A DNA stretch of 64,000 nt from Lingula anatina (Eukaryota > Animalia > Brachiopoda), in the NCBI GenBank assembly GCA_051362555.1, contig CM120640.1, forward strand, positions 30,213,967-30,277,966. The letters run 5' to 3'. Positions 35,545 to 47,500 of the stretch are shown one piece after another. The notes under the pieces are model-generated. The model did not search any database. It was not told the DNA's origin and was given only the letters and a program-made list of their open reading frames with translations. Position 1 is the first letter of the stretch, and every line of letters begins with the position of its first letter. A program made the translations under genes and the position numbers.

Positions 35545-37944
35545 TTTTTATGTACAGACACAGATGTGTCTGTACATATAGCCGTCACCTTCGTCTGTCT
35601 TCGCCATCATCGCCTTGCACTTTCACCGATAACACGATAAGTGAAAAATCCTTTTACCGTTTGGCTTGAAACTTACAGAACTGATATGTATTCATAATAC
35701 TCAGGTCAAGTTCGAAAATCAGCATGATCGGACAATTTTTGTGGAAGTTATGCTGTTTTTTCACTTTTTTCAGCAAATATGCAACACCTATAACACGATA
35801 AGTGGAAAACTGTTTTACCTTTTGGCTTAAAACTAACATAATGGATGAATATTCATAATACGTAGGTCAAGTTTGAAAATCAGCATGATCAGGCCATTTT
35901 TATGGGAGTAATGCTGTTTTTTTTTTTTTTTTTTTTTTTTTTTTCAATTTTTTTCAGCATATATGCAACACATTTCAAGGAAAACCGATTGGCCAATTGT
36001 CTTGAAGTTTACAGGGGTGATCAGTCTTACTGAAATACAGATTAAGTTTGAATATAAGCTTGATCGGTTAAGTTCTGGTGAAGTAATGCCTTTTTTTTTT
36101 TGTAAATAAGTGTTTTTTCCTCAGATTTAATTTTTGGGCATGTTAACATTGTCATTTTTGAACTAATTAGATATGTATGTATAGATGTGTTATTTGATAT
36201 TTTCTGCAACTTAACAATATTTTTAGTTGATTATATAAAAATGATGGTGAACCTGTTATTATGTATTATGTAATAAAGTGTCAAAAATGGAAATAAACTT
36301 ATATCTTTACAGTTTGTCAGATTCAATCATTCACTATGTTCAAAAACTCAGACTGGAGCAAATTGGACATTTAGAATTGTTCTATTGATATTTTTCCTAT
36401 GTCAACAATTTTCTTAGTTGATCATTTAAAAATGACAGTAAATAGATTATTTTGTATAATGTAAAAAAAAAGGTGTTGAAAGTGGAAAGAAAATCATTTC
36501 AGTACAGTTATCTCTTGTTAACATTTTGGCATTTTGAAGGTGTGACTCTTAACTTCCATGGCCTTGAAGACATTTCCATGTCACATTTTCTGAATAACCA
36601 TGATTTTTTTTTTTTTTTGTTATTATAAATTGATGGTCATTATGCTGTTAAGCATTATTTAATATTTGAAGACAAAATTGAAGACAACCCTATTTTGGGC
36701 ACTGTCTCCATAGTGACCATTAAAGGTAAACCATGTCACTTACTCCTCTCAAACTTACAGAAAAGTAGCATATGACTAAAATGTAGCTTCAGTTGGAAAG
36801 CCTGTGTCATCGGTTAATTTTCCTGGAAATTATATAGTTTTTTGTTAGAATTAAAATTTTCACATATCAGCATTTTCAATGTGTGACTTTGAACTTCCAT
36901 TGGCTTGAAGACCTTTGCTAGTCACATTTTCTGAATATCCATGATACTTTTACTTTATTAATAAAAATTGATGGCCATTATGCTGTTAAACATGTTATAT
37001 TGCATAAAAGTTGAAGAAAACCCTATTTTGTACACTGCTGCCAGGATGACCATTAAGGGAAAACCATATGTTACTTATGATACTCAAACTTAATTTATAA
37101 CTTTCAAGTGTCCATTAAATGAGACTGGATAAATCACACGTTGAGATTTCCCAGTAAAGTCCCATAGGTTAAGCTCTCTTAACTATGTCACATAATTACG
37201 AATCGGTGATAATTATGCAGGTAAATGTTGTTTAATATTGCAAATAGGTTTACAAAAGAAAAAATGCTGTGTAACACCAACATTAATGCTATAAATGAAT
37301 AACAGTGCCTTATTATCCTCAAAAACTTTGGGGTTATTCATATCATGTTAATACAGCAAGATTAAAAGTTTGAATAGCAGCTTTATTGGAATATTTTTTG
37401 TTATGTTTTCTTTTTAATTTTTTTTCAAACACTAGCATTTTCAACTCCCAGCCACCTGAAGCTCTTCACATTTTCTGTATTTCCACATAAGCAGTTGCAT
37501 TGGTTTTTATGTCTTTAAACATTATGTAATATTAATTTATGCACTGTCATCATTTTTCAAATATTTGGATTTTCATTATGTGAATTTGAACTTTCATGGT
37601 CCTGAAACTGTAATCTTATTGCAGGGGTGGATTGAGACTGTCTTCTGTCTTCCATATGATGGTCAGATTTTAAAGTTTACATTGACGGGAATCTATTTTT
37701 TTTTTTGTGTTGGAAGACCATCAAAAATGGAGGATGGATCAACAAAGATAATTTGGAATACTGTCAGAAAATTCTCTGGATCTGCTCCTGTAATTGACCA
37801 TGTTACCTGTTGTGCATGATTAAAATTCAGTGTTGACTGACTGTGCTGTTATAAGCATTATTTATTATTGCATCAAAATTGACAAAATGTCCTATTTTTA
37901 TTTTCTGTTTTTGTCTGTACATTTCACAGCTTTGCTGCCTTGTT
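35545..37944 (+). mobile_element. Helentron-associated non-autonomous element (HINE/DINE-1-like), ~2.4 kb
   Basis: 5' T-run, then a 14-bp hairpin tatgtacagacaca-ga-tgtgtctgtacata (35549-35578), gtct-type simple repeat, ~161-bp core repeats (35630, 35791, ~35970); 3' sub-terminal copy tgtctgtacat plus short hairpin cagc-ttt-gctg and cttgtt (37912-37944). It interrupts the ~190-bp repeat. Confidence 0.65.
37622..37790. mobile_element. Diverged third copy of the hAT-like MITE nested in the HINE
   Basis: caggggtggatt...atggtcagatttt.aagtttacattga...caacaaagataatttggaa.actgtcagaaaa...ctggatctgctcctg, colinear with 33551-33717. Confidence 0.7.
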
Positions 37945-39179
37945 TAAATTTAATTTTGCACTTTTCTCAAATATATTGTTTAAAAAAGTTTCATTACACT
38001 CAGTGAACAGATAAGCTTTTAGATTTGTTGAAATTACATGTATTAATATTTAAGTGTTTTAAGCCATGGAATTTACCTCCTTTTCAGTGTTATTTTCAGT
38101 TTTCTCTAATATATTTTCTGAAAAATATTTTTCATGAAACAGTTAACAATTAAACTTATGTCAGATTATTATAGTTGATAAGCTTTATTTGTAAAAATAT
38201 CATAAAGATTCTTCTACATTTGTAAAAATGGCTAATGTTGAACTATTTTTATCCATGGAATTTGCTGGTGTTTTCAGTGTAATTTACAGTTTTCTCAATT
38301 ATATTGTCCAAAATATCACTTTTATTACACACAGTCAACTGATAAGCTTATCTCAGATCTCTCTGTAATAGTTTACAGACTAAATTTGCCAAAATTATTA
38401 ACATTTAACTATTTTTTATCCATGGAATTTGCTATTCTTTTCAAATATAATAAAAATCTTTTTCATTAGGCACAGTCAACCGATAAGCTTATCTCAGATT
38501 ACAGTATTTCATTTGTTAAGCTTGAGTTGTACAAGTCAGACATTTCACAGAGTTGTTACATTCAGAAGAGACGTTTGATCATTACTGGCTTTTTTTGTGA
38601 TCTGTGTAGATTTGGCGCATGAGTAGTTTTTTTTTTTTTTTTTTTTTTTTTTTTGCAAAACTGCTAATGATAAAAGTATAACATGTATTAAAACATGTAA
38701 ATCATCCTTTTATGAAATATTTGTTGTTATTTTGGCCAAAGCACTACAAGTATGTCAACAATGCATTGCGTATCCGTGAACACAAAGTCTTTAACGATGT
38801 TAAGGACACACGTGACTTTATTTACAAATGCTGAAATGGGAAAATTTTCACGGAGAGGGTTGGAAAAGAGCGTTTTAGCAAGGCTTGTATAGCCGTGACA
38901 AGATCTTATCCCACTGGAAATATTCACAAGCGCTTGCATTTTGACCACAAGTATGTTATGGAGTAATATGACCTGTAAACAGTGCAATTTTCAACTCTCT
39001 TGAAAAGATGCAATAGTTGTGCTCTCTTCTGGTGTGAGCAGATATTTGGTGTTGCAATGCCATTGTTGTAATGGCTTTGTAAATGTACTAATATACAGTA
39101 CAAAACCCATCAAACACATAACAGATAACCAAGGAATTTTGATGAAAATACAAATAATACTTTTTTATATTTGGGAAAT

Positions 39180-39627
39180 GAACAGAATTTTAGAAGATAA
39201 ATTGTACTTTATTCCATGCGACGACTTTATCCAAATTTACCCAATCATTAACAAGAGACTTTAGTTTGTAAATTACTTAACAAATTGTTCAGCTCATAAT
39301 TCATTAGAAGATTGTCTTGAGTTACAAAATTTAGTTAATATATTCAATAATGAAGAGAAGAGTATCCTTTTTATCCATCCCAGCCAAATGACTAAATCCT
39401 GTGTTCAACTTTTAGCAAATTCTTTAGAATACCTCATTTATAAAAGAAAATTCTCCATCTGTAGGAAAAAAATCAAGTTAATATATCAGCATTTGTATAT
39501 TTCATTTCAAAGAGAAGGTATAGATGGTCTTTATTTTCTACTATGTGAAATTAATCTAAACACAGATAAACCACTACGAATAACAATGTGTATGAAAGTG
39601 ATTAGAAATTTGTAGAATCCGCGGCGG

Positions 39628-39660
<33 letters not shown>

Positions 39661-39693
39661 ATTTAAATTTAAGTAATCCTGGATCAGCCCCTG
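39180..39693 (+). mobile_element. Possible 3' remnant of a hAT element
   Basis: Ends in a poly-C run plus cctggatcagcccctg (hAT-like TIR); upstream degenerate YPN..TNCSA..S reading resembles the hAT dimerisation motif. Weak. Confidence 0.3.
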
Positions 39694-40600
39694 ATTGTAT
39701 ATCGGGCAATGGACATTAAACAATACCAAAAAAGGGGGTGTAAAAATAACTTCTTTTCCTTTTAAATAATGACAATGCTTATAAAATCAAATCCTTTTCA
39801 ACCAAAATATTATCAATTCATATTTGAACTAAAAATCAAAAGATCTGACCGAAATAGCTTGAACGTAGCGTTTCTCGGATGCGCTTGATGTTCCCCGATT
39901 CTCCTCCGATGCAGTGTGTTAGTTGTGAAAGATATGTTGATTGCGTTTTTCCTGCGGGGTCTTTTTTTTTCACTAAGAGACTTGTTCATTCGGATCGGAA
40001 TACTATTTTCAAGTATTTTGCACGTTATGGAATATATTTAGGGATATTAACGATGTAAGAAACTTCAATCACCACTGGCATCTCGCCTAACATATGCAAA
40101 AATGCAGTGAAGATTCTTTGGGATGGGAAAGAGCGGAATACATGTAGTTTTTGAAGTTAACACAATCGAAGAGGAGTGCATTTTAGTTTATTGGGTAAGT
40201 ATAAAGACTGTTTGCTTCCCTTCTGTTAATGCTTTAAGACTTCTGGTTTGTGATAAAAAAAACAAATATTATCTACATTCGTGTCTTTCATTCTGTTTCT
40301 ACAAAACCACACAAAACGGTGTTCAGTCATCCAAGTTTTTCTAACATTGCTTAAGTGACTCCAATATACAGTGATTGCTGTACATAAGACTGTGTGATGA
40401 GCATAATGCAGTTGCTGTTATTTTCTGTGTGTGCTATATATATATATATAATAAAAACTGCATGTACATGTATGGTACATGTAAATCAAAATTCATTGAC
40501 ATTAGCATGGAGCATCACATAAGTATTGAATTGTAACCTGTTCAGTAATAATTAAGTAAATTTCTAGTTGATGGATGACAGCTGGCAAGGTTTTTATCAC

Positions 40601-41050
40601 TTGGAGCCTCAGCTGTCTTAATTTAGAAAACTATGTAAAAGAATGTGAACCTTACGATCCAAAAGTACCCTTTCTGAAAGTGAGAGTAGGGGAGAGAAAA
40701 TGCTTGCCATATCAATATGATTAAAGATACATCAATACATTATGCAGGTAAGGGATGGGACAATAATTTTCATGAGGCATGAATGCATGACAATAAGTCA
40801 AGGTTTATTGATAATGGGCCAAGTGTCACAAGAGGTCATATTTTATGGATTTTTAATGAATTAAAATCCAAATCTTTTGCAAAAAAAATTTGGTGAATGA
40901 TTTGTCAACATGGTAATATATTCTTATGCTTATGAACAAAATTTGGAGCCTCAATAGTCTTATTTTAAAGAACCATGCCAACTAATAAAATGTGAACCTA
41001 ACATTCAAAATATGGGTTCTTTGAAAGTGGGGATAGGAGAGAGAAAAGTG
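40601..41050. repeat. Old degenerate direct duplication (period ~342 bp)
   Basis: ttggagcctca..gtctta...atgtgaacct...tgaaagtg...gagagaaaa at ~40601-40700 and ~40943-41048. Confidence 0.6.
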
Positions 41051-41539
41051 TCACTTAGATCCCACCCAGTTTTATATATATATGTTTAAAGTGATAAGGA
41101 TTAATGTGAACTGATGGGTGGGAGTTGGGGGTGTGCTAAGCGAAAATATTTCACAGACTTTCAAATCGCTATATAAATAAAATTTCATTTAAACTTTCTG
41201 ATGCCTGTGTACTGTCTGTCGTGACAGTGTATTGTTCGAGACATCTAATAATTCACAGGCAATTTTGGTAACTTCACGTAATAACTTTTTACTGTAGTCT
41301 GTATCTCCTTATAATAAGTTATGTAAAGAGTCTAAAGAGGCAGAGTAGGCTTGTTGACTATTCTGATTAGATAGCCATTGAATAGGAAATTCATGAAGCC
41401 ATGGCCTTGGTTTGATACTAAAGAGTGTGATTCTCCACACATCGTCAGAATGTAGTCAACAAACCTTCTACAAAGTCGTAGCCTCAGCACAGGTCAGTGC
41501 AACAATAATATTGTTATACTGGTGTTCTCATCGTCATTC

Positions 41540-44500
41540 TATTTGTTTGTAATCATTACTATTACTGTGTATGATGGTGTTGTCCCTGTATGCCTGTGTG
41601 TTTGTTTATCTTATGTTTGCTGTCTATTCTGTATTATTACTGAATGTGTTTGTATATAATGACTGTATACTGCTATATGTTTTCACTCTTTTTCCTTGTC
41701 TTCATTCCTATTACGATGTATGTTACTGTTGTCACTGTACATGTCAAATTTTTTTCTGATCACTGTGTATGTCTGTATTTTGACTGTGTTTGTTTTTATT
41801 TATTTTGATTACTGTGCATGTTGGTGTTGTTAATATTGTTGTTTGTATTAATTGTGAGCAATGTGTAATTCAGTTTTGTCACTATTTGTTTGTAATCATT
41901 ACTATTACTCTACATGATGATGTTGTTCACTATATGTCTATGTGTCTGTTTGAATTCTGTTTCCTGTGTTTATTCTGTATTGTTACTGAATGTGTTTGTA
42001 CGTATTAAAATGACTGTGCATGTCTATGTTTTCAATCTTTTTCCTTGTCTTCTTTCTTATTACGATGTACGTTACTGTTGCCATTGTACATGTCTGTAAT
42101 TTTTTACTGTGCATGTTCGTGTTAGCATTTATAATGAGCACTGTGTCTGTTAGTATTGTCAATCCATTTGTTTGTAATCATTACTATATTACTCTGCATG
42201 ATGATGTTGTTCACTATTTATCTATGTGTCTATATATATTCTGTTTGCTGTGTCTGGCTATTTTTTTTTTTCTTTTTTACTCTTTTTCCTTGTGTTCTCA
42301 TTACGTTAAACGTTACAGTTGTACTGTTGACACTGTATGTTTCAAAATTTATTCTGATCACTGTATGTCTATATTTTGTGTTACTGAATGTGTTTGTATA
42401 TATTGTGATGACTGTGTATAGCTATGTTTTTTACTCTTTTTCCTAGTGTTCATTCTCATTATGGTGAACGTTACTGTTACTGTACACGTCAAAATTTATT
42501 CTGATCACTGCATATGTCTGTATTATGACTGTTTTTGATTGTATTTATTTTGATTACTGTGTTTGTTGGTGTTGTTACTGTTTGTGTTTGTATTTATTGT
42601 GATCACTACGCATGTCAGTTTTGTCACTCTTATTTGTTTTCATTCATTATTATTATAACTCTGCACGACGGTTTTTTCACTGTATGTCTATGTGTCTGGT
42701 TATATTCTGTTTGCTGTGTTTATTCTGTATTGTTACTGAATGTGATTGTATATAATGTGATGACTGTGCACTGCTATGTTTTCAATCTTTTTCCTTGTCT
42801 TCTTTCTAATTTGTTTATTTATGTCTGTATTCTGACTGTGTTTGTTTCTATTTATTATGATTGCTGTGTTTGTTGGTGTTGTTACTGTTTGGTGTTGTTA
42901 CTGTTTGTATTTATTGTGAGCACTGTGTATGTCAGTTTTTTTTTTTTTTTTACTCTGTTTGTAATCATTACCATTACTCTGCGTGATGGTGTTGTCACTA
43001 TATGTTTATGTGTCTGTTTATATGCTGTTTGCTGTGTCTATTCTGTATCCTTACTGAATGTGTTTATATATATTGTGATGTCTGTGTATGACTTTGTTTT
43101 CACTCTTTTTCCTTGTGTTCATTCCCATTATGGTGAACGTTACTGTTGTCACTGTACACGTCAATTTATTTCTTATCGCTGTGTTTGTTTGTATTTTGAC
43201 TGTGTTTTTATTTATTTTGATTAATGAGCATGTTTGTGTTGTCACTGTTTGTGTTTGTATTTATTGTGAGCACTGTGTATGTCAGTTTTTTACTCTATTT
43301 GTTTATAATCATTACCATTACTCTGCATGATGGTGTTGTCACTGTATGTCTATGTTCTGTATTGTTACTGAATATGTTTGTACATTATGAGATGACTGTG
43401 TACAACTTCGTTTTCACTGTTTTTCATTGTGTTCATTCTTGAATGTTATTGTTCTCACTGTACATGTGAATTTTTTTTCTAATCACTGCGTATGACTGTT
43501 TTGTGACTGTTTTTGTTTGCATTTATTTTGATTACTGTTTGTTGGTGTTGTTACTGTTGATGTTTGTATTTATTGTGAGCACTGTGTATGTCAGTTTAGT
43601 TACTCTATTTGTTTGTAATCATTACTATTACTCTGCATGATGGTGTTGTCACTGTATCTCTATGTGTCTGTTTATATTCTGTTTGCTGTGTCTTTTCTGT
43701 ATTGTTACTGAATGAGTTTGTACATACTGTGATGACTGTGTGCGGCTATGTTTTTTACTATTTTCGTTGTGTTCGTTCTCATTATGGTGCACGTTACTGT
43801 TGTCACTGTACATTTGATATTTTTTCTAATCACTGTGTATGTCTGTGTTTTGACTGTGCTTGTTTTTATTTATTTTTATTACTCTGCATGTTTGTGTTGT
43901 CACTGTTCATGTTTGTATTTATTGTGTGCACTGTGTATGTCAGTTTTGTCACTATTTGTTTGTAGTCATTTTGATCACCGTGCATTTTAGGGTTGGCACT
44001 GTTTGTGTTTATATCTATTGTCAGCAATGTGGTATCAGTTTTGTCTGTTTATTTATTTTTAGTCATTATTTTAACTGTGTGTGTTGGTGTTGTCACTGTC
44101 ATTATAGTTTATGTGTCTGTTTATACTCTGATAACTGTTTCCATTCTGTATTGTCATTGAATGTGTTTGTATATATATTGTGATCTCTGTGTATGACTGT
44201 GTAATCACCCGATTAATTTGTGTTTATTCTTGTTACTATGCATAGATGTGTGGTCACTGTACATGTTAAAATTTATTCTGATCACTGTGTATGTCTGTAT
44301 TATGACTGTGTTTGTATGTTTTCATTTTAAATATTGTGCATGTTACTATTGTCACTGTACATGTTAATATTTATTTTGACCACTGATTATGTCAGTTTTT
44401 TTATGTTGATGTTTGTATTTATTGTGAGCACTGTGTATGTCAGTTTTTTTTACTCTATTTGTTTGTAATCATTACCATTACTCTGCATGATGGTGTTGTC

Positions 44501-47500
44501 ACTTTATGTCTATGTGTCTGTTTATATGCTGTTTGCTGTGTCTATTCTGTATTGTTACTGAATGTGTTTATATATATTGTGATGTCTGTGTATGACTTTG
44601 TTTTCAATCTTTTTCTTTGTGTTCATTCCCATTATGGTGAACGTTACAGTTGTCACTGTACACATCAAATTTGTTTCTAATTACTGTGTTTGTCTGTATT
44701 TTTACTGTGTTAGTTTTTATTTATTTTGGTTATTGTGCATGTTTGTGTTCTCACTGTCCATGTTTGTATTTATTGTGACCACTGTGTATGTCAGTTTTGT
44801 CACTCTATTTGTTTGTAATCATTACTATTACTCTGCATGATGGTGTTGTCAGTGTATTTCTATATATCTCTTTATATTCTGTGTGCTGTGTCTATTCTGT
44901 ATTGTTACTGAATGTGTTTGTACATTATGAGATGACTGTGTACAACTTCGTTTTCACTGTTTTTCGTTGTGTTCATTCTTATTACGGTGAATGTTATTGT
45001 TCTCACTGTACATGTGAATTGTTTTTCTAATCACTGTGTATGTCTGTTTTGTGACTGTTTTTTGTTTGCATTTATTTTGATTACTGTGTTTGTTGGTGTT
45101 GTTACTGTTGATGTATTTATTGTGAGCACTGTGTATGTCAGTTTTGTTACTCTATTTGTTTGTAATCATTACTATTACTCTGTATGATGGTGTTGTCACT
45201 GTATGTCTATGTGTCTGTTTATATTCTCTTTGCTATGTCTATTCTGTATTGTTACTGAATGTGTTTGTACATTATGATATGACTGTGTACAACTTCGTTT
45301 TCACTCTTTTTCGTTGTGTTCATTCTTATTTCGGTAAATGTTACTGTTGTCACTGTACAAGTGAAATTTGTTTCTAATTACTGTGTTTGTCTGTATATTC
45401 ACTGTGTTTGTTTTTATTTATTTTGGTTACTGTGCATGTTTGTGTTGTCACTGTTCATGTTTGTATTTATTGTGACCACTGTGTATGTCAGTTTTGTCAC
45501 TCTATTTGTTTGTAATCATTACTATTACTCTGCATGATGGTGTTGTCAGTGTATCTCTATGTGTCTCTTTATATTCTGTGTGCTGTGTCTATTCTGTATT
45601 GTTACTGAATGTGTTTGTACATTATGAGATGACTGTGTACAACTTCGTTTTCACTGTTTTCTTTGTGTTCATTCTTATTATGGTGAATGTTATTGTTCTC
45701 ACTGTACATGTGAATTGTTTTTCTAATCACTGTGTATGTCTGTTTTGTGACTGTTTTTGTTTGCATTTATTTTGATTACTGTGCTTGTTGGTGTTGTTAC
45801 TGTTGATGTTTGTATTTATTGTGAGCACTGTGTATGTCAGTTTTGTTACTCTATTTGTTTGTAATCATTACTATTACTCTGCATGATGGTGTTGTCAATA
45901 TATGTTTATGTGTCTGTTTATATGCTGTTTGCTGTTTCTATTCTGTATTGTTACTGAATGTGTTTGTACATTATGAGATGACTGTTTACGACTTCGTTTT
46001 CACTCTTTTACCTTGTGTTCTTGTCATTAAGGTGAATGTTACTGTTGTCCCTGTACGTTTTAAATTTTTATTACTCTTTTTCCATGTGTTCATTCTCATT
46101 ATAGTGAATGTAATTGTTGTCACTGTACATGTGAAATTTTTTTCTAATCGCTGTGTTTATCTGTATTTTGACTGTGTATGTTTTTATATGTCTGATTAAT
46201 GTGTTTGTTGGTGTTGTTACTGTTGATGTTTGTATTTATTGTAAGCACTGTGTATGTCAGTTTAGTTACTCTATTTGTTTGTAATCATTACTATTACTCT
46301 GCATGATGGTGCTGTCACTGTATCTCTATGTGTCTCTTTATATTCTGTGTGCTGTGTCTATTCTGTATTGTTACTGAATATGTTTGTACATTATGAGATG
46401 ACTGTGTCCAACTTCGTTTTCACTCTTTTTCGTTGTGTTCAGTCTTATTATGGTGAATGTTACTATTGTCACTGTACATGTCAAAATTTATTCTTATCAC
46501 TGTGTATGACTGTATTGTGACTGTGTTTCTTTGTATTTATTTTGATTACTGCATTGGTTGGTGTTGTTACTGTTGATGTTTGTATTTATTGTGAGCACTG
46601 TTTATGTCAGTTTTTTACTCTGTTTGTAATCATTTCCATTACTCTGCATGATGGTGTTGTCAATATATGTCTATGTGTCTGTTTATATGCTGTTTGCTGT
46701 TTCTATTCTGTATTGTTACTGAATGTGTTTGTTCATATCGAGATGACTGTTTACGCCTTCGTTTTCACTCTTTTACCTTGTGTTCTTGTCATTAAGGTGA
46801 ATGTTACTGTTGTCACTGTACCTTTGATATTTTTTTTCTAATCACAGTGTAATATTGTGTTTTGATTGTGCTTGTTTTTATTCATTTTGATTACTGTGCA
46901 TGTTTGTGTTGTCACTGTTGATGTTTGTATTTATTGTGAGCACTGTGCATGTCAGGTTTGTCACTCTATTTGTTTGTAATCATTACTATTACTCTGTATG
47001 ATGGTGTTGTCACTGTATGTCTATGTGTCTGTTTATATTTTCTCTGCTGTGTCTATTCTGTATAGTTACTGAATGTGTTTATATATATTGTGATGACTGT
47101 GTATTGACTTTGTTTTCACTCTTTTTCCTTGTGTTCATTCCCATAATGGTTAATGTTACTGTTGTCACTGTACATGTGAAATTTTTTTTCTAATCACTGT
47201 GTTTGTTGGTGTTGTTACTGTTGATGTTTGTATTTATTATGAGCACTGTGTATGTCAGTTTTGTTACTCTATTTGTTTGTAATCATTACTATTACTGTGC
47301 ATGATTGGGTTGTCACTATGTTTATGTGTCTGTTTATATGCTGTTCATGTTTGTATTTATTGTGACCACTGTGTATATCAGTTTTGTCACTCTATTTGTT
47401 TGTAATCATTACTATTACTCTACATGATGGTGGTGTCAGTGTATCTCTATGTGTCTCTTTATATTCTGTGTGCTGTGTCTATTCTGTATTGTTACTGAAT

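Noticed and set aside
39629-39660. Poly-C run as a functional G-quadruplex
   Set aside because: Sits beside a hAT-like terminus where such runs are common, and homopolymer length is unreliable.
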